64,000 nt of DNA, taken from NCBI GenBank assembly GCA_041394025.1, contig JAWKJA010000002.1, positions 1,454,541 through 1,518,540 on the forward strand. The letters run 5' to 3'. Position 1 is the stretch's first letter. The number at the start of each line of letters is the position of its first letter. The translations under genes and the position numbers were made by a program. Of the stretch, positions 61,974-64,000 are shown in pieces. The DNA is from Acidimicrobiia bacterium. Its GTDB lineage: Bacteria; Actinomycetota; Acidimicrobiia; IMCC26256; JAOSJL01. The notes under the pieces were generated by a model. The model did no database searches. It saw nothing but the letters and a program-made list of their open reading frames with translations, and was not told the origin of the DNA.

Positions 61974-63272
61974 TCAGACCTCGGAGTGGGTGACGGGCTC
62001 CTCGCCCATCCACTCGCGCAGCGTGTTCTTCAGCTTCGTCTGTTGGATGAACAAATCGTGCTCCGGAGGAAGGTCGGTCGCCGTGTCGGGCGACTTGAAG
62101 TAGAAGCTCAACCACTCCTGCACACCCGATTCACCGGCACGTGCGGACAGATCGAGGAACAGTGCGAGGTCGAGCACGATCGGTGCCGCCAGGATCGAGT
62201 CGCGGCAGAGGAAGTTGATCTTGATCTGCATCGGGTAGCCGAGCCAGCCTGAGATGTCGATGTTGTCCCAGCCCTCCTTGTTGTCGCCGCGTGGCGGGTA
62301 GTAGTTGATCCTCACGACGTGGTCGATGTCTCCGTAGAGCTCCGGGTACACGTCGGGCTGGAGGATCGTGTCGAGCACCCCGAGCTTCGAGACCTCCTTG
62401 GTCTTGAAGTTCTCGGGGTCGTCGAGCACTTCGCCGTCGCGGTTGCCGAGGATGTTCGTGGAGTACCACCCGTCGATGCCGAGCATCCGCGCCTTGAGGC
62501 CCGGCGTGAGGGTCGTCTTCATCCAGGTCTGGCCGGTCTTGAAGTCCTTGCCGGCGATCGGGATGCCCCGCCTCTTCGCCAACTCCACCAGGGCCGGGAC
62601 GTCGCACGAGAGGTTGGGTGCGCCGTTGGCGAACGGCACGCCGGACATCAGCGCCGCGTAGAGGTAGATCTGGCTGGGAGCGATGTCGACGTCGTCACGG
62701 CGCAGCCCCTGCTCGAACGCCTCGATGCTCTGGTGAACGTCGCTGATCTCCTGGTAGGCCTCGGTGGAGCCACACCACACCATCACCAGTCGGTCGCAGT
62801 CGTTGTCGGCGCGGAACCGCTCGATGTCGTCGATGAGTGCCTCGGCCTGTGCCAGCTTCCCTCTCACCGCCTTCACACGCCGGCCGTCGAGCCGTTTCAC
62901 CCACTCGCTGTCGAAGACGGCGTCCATGGCGACGATCCCTTCGAGCTCGGCCGAGATCGGGCCGAGATCCTCGTCGCTCAGCACACCCGCCGTGCGGGCC
63001 GCCTCGAGAGCGTTGGGTGAGATGGGGTCCCACGCGCCGAAGACGAGGTCATCGAGGTCAGCCAGCGGAACGAAGTCACGGATCAGCGGATTGCGGCCCT
63101 CGTCACGCCCGCCGAGGCGGATGTGGGCCATCTGGGACAGGGAGCCGACCGGCGCGGACAGCCCGTTGCGGATTGAGAGAACGCCGGCGATGAAGGTGGA
63201 CGCCACGGCGCCGAGCCCGGGCGTGAGCACGCCCAGGCGGCCTGAGGCAGGTGTGATCTGTGTGGAGGTCAT
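61974..63272 (-). CDS. ino1: inositol-3-phosphate synthase
   Basis: 432 aa with blocks LVMVWCGSTE, PFANGAPNL, GKDFKTGQT and LGNRDG, typical of bacterial MIPS. Confidence 0.9.
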   Translation of the reverse strand: MTSTQITPASGRLGVLTPGLGAVASTFIAGVLSIRNGLSAPVGSLSQMAHIRLGGRDEGRNPLIRDFVPLADLDDLVFGAWDPISPNALEAARTAGVLSDEDLGPISAELEGIVAMDAVFDSEWVKRLDGRRVKAVRGKLAQAEALIDDIERFRADNDCDRLVMVWCGSTEAYQEISDVHQSIEAFEQGLRRDDVDIAPSQIYLYAALMSGVPFANGAPNLSCDVPALVELAKRRGIPIAGKDFKTGQTWMKTTLTPGLKARMLGIDGWYSTNILGNRDGEVLDDPENFKTKEVSKLGVLDTILQPDVYPELYGDIDHVVRINYYPPRGDNKEGWDNIDISGWLGYPMQIKINFLCRDSILAAPIVLDLALFLDLSARAGESGVQEWLSFYFKSPDTATDLPPEHDLFIQQTKLKNTLREWMGEEPVTHSEV

Positions 63273-63304
63273 GCCTCACCCTGCCACACGGACGGGTCGG
63301 TGGC

Positions 63305-64000
63305 TCAGGCCGGGGCCCCGACCGGAGCGGTCGGGGTGAACCTGACCGGCAGCGACTCGAAACCGCTGATGAAGCTGGACGCCCGGCGCGGGAGGTCCGT
63401 GTAGGGAACTGCCAACTCGACATCGGGTATCCGGGCCAGCAGCTGCTCGAACAGGACGCGGAGCTCCAGGCGGGCCAGGGCGCTCCCCATGCAGAAGTGC
63501 GGCCCGAAACCGAAAGCCAGGTGCAGGTTCGGGCTCCGGTGGATGTCGAAGGTGTGCGGGTCGTCGAACACCTCCTCGTCGCGGTTGGCCGACGGGTACA
63601 GCATGAGGACGTCATCGCCGGCTCTGAGTCGCTGACCTCGCAGCTCGACATCCCGCGTGACTCGGCGGTTCATGTTCTTGACCGGCGACACCCACCGCAG
63701 CATCTCGTCCACGGCCGACTTCATGAACGACGGATCGGCAGCGAGCTCGTCGCGCTGGTCGGGGTGGTGGCACAGCTCCGCCAGGCCCCCGCTGATGACG
63801 TGCCGCGTGGTCTCGTCACCGCCGATGAGGATGAGGAGTGACTCCCACACGAGCGAGTCGTCGTCGAGGGAGTCGCCGTCGACCTCCGCGTGCACGAGGA
63901 CCGAGATGAGGTCGTCGGCCGGGCATCCACGTCGTTCCTCGATAGCGGCCGTCTGGTGCCCCCAGAAGCCCTCCATGGCGCCGGCGGCCTCGAGCAGCGC
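63305..64000 (-). CDS. cytochrome P450, C-terminal part; 5' end outside window
   Basis: Frame is open to the window edge. I-helix GGDETT, heme loop FGFGPHFCMG. Confidence 0.85.
   Translation of the reverse strand, partial: ALLEAAGAMEGFWGHQTAAIEERRGCPADDLISVLVHAEVDGDSLDDDSLVWESLLILIGGDETTRHVISGGLAELCHHPDQRDELAADPSFMKSAVDEMLRWVSPVKNMNRRVTRDVELRGQRLRAGDDVLMLYPSANRDEEVFDDPHTFDIHRSPNLHLAFGFGPHFCMGSALARLELRVLFEQLLARIPDVELAVPYTDLPRRASSFISGFESLPVRFTPTAPVGAPA

Noticed and set aside
1-64000. tRNA, rRNA or other well-known RNA genes
   Set aside because: Intergenic regions are short, the longest being about 390 bp. None shows tRNA-like acceptor/T-arm sequence (for example GGTTCGAATCC-type) or rRNA-like conservation by eye. 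A covariance-model scan would be needed to exclude small ncRNAs.

Overview
High-GC bacterial chromosomal segment. Hand-counted 60-nt lines give about 70-75% GC outside one island. A class E sortase, an inositol-3-phosphate synthase, a class III-type ADH, many GTG starts and dense ATGA/GTGA start-stop overlaps suggest Actinomycetota, perhaps an Acidimicrobiia-like lineage; this is inference only. All calls come from reading the six-frame translations and recalling family motifs. No database search was run. About 65 protein-coding genes are supportable. I saw no rRNA, tRNA or CRISPR array. Gene blocks in order: (1) an Fe-S themed stretch: cysteine desulfurase 3' end, DUF169, NfuA-like, ATP-grasp plus a CC-tail radical SAM enzyme, and a mitochondrial-type aconitase; (2) an ssu/tau-like ABC ATPase and permease; (3) a roughly 4-kb lower-GC island bracketed by a perfect 105-bp direct repeat of the permease 3' end, carrying an RHS core/toxin fragment, small 2-TM ORFs, an IS3 element and remnants of rve and IS110 transposases; (4) cyclophilin plus a complete translationally coupled System I cytochrome c maturation operon, ccmABCDEFGHI; (5) a class E sortase; (6) a divergent envelope-glycosylation-like cluster with a two-component system, GT-C-like membrane protein, SDR epimerase, GT2, DUF2064, methyltransferase and membrane molybdoenzyme; (7) a decaying Liv-type ABC importer; (8) crotonase, a Lys-less biotinyl-like domain protein, and two tandem membrane HD-GYP-like proteins behind a 31-codon hydrophobic sORF; (9) assorted redox and lipid genes, a ModE-like regulator with modABC, PPK2, a thiolase/DUF35 pair, two P450s and ino1. 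A dispersed GC-rich nested-palindrome repeat family occupies four intergenic sites. The most interesting items are the integrative island with its polymorphic-toxin cargo, the TCS-linked glycosylation/molybdoenzyme cluster, the ATP-grasp/radical-SAM pair, System I ccm in an apparently actinobacterial genome, and the repeat family that shows a compensatory stem substitution.
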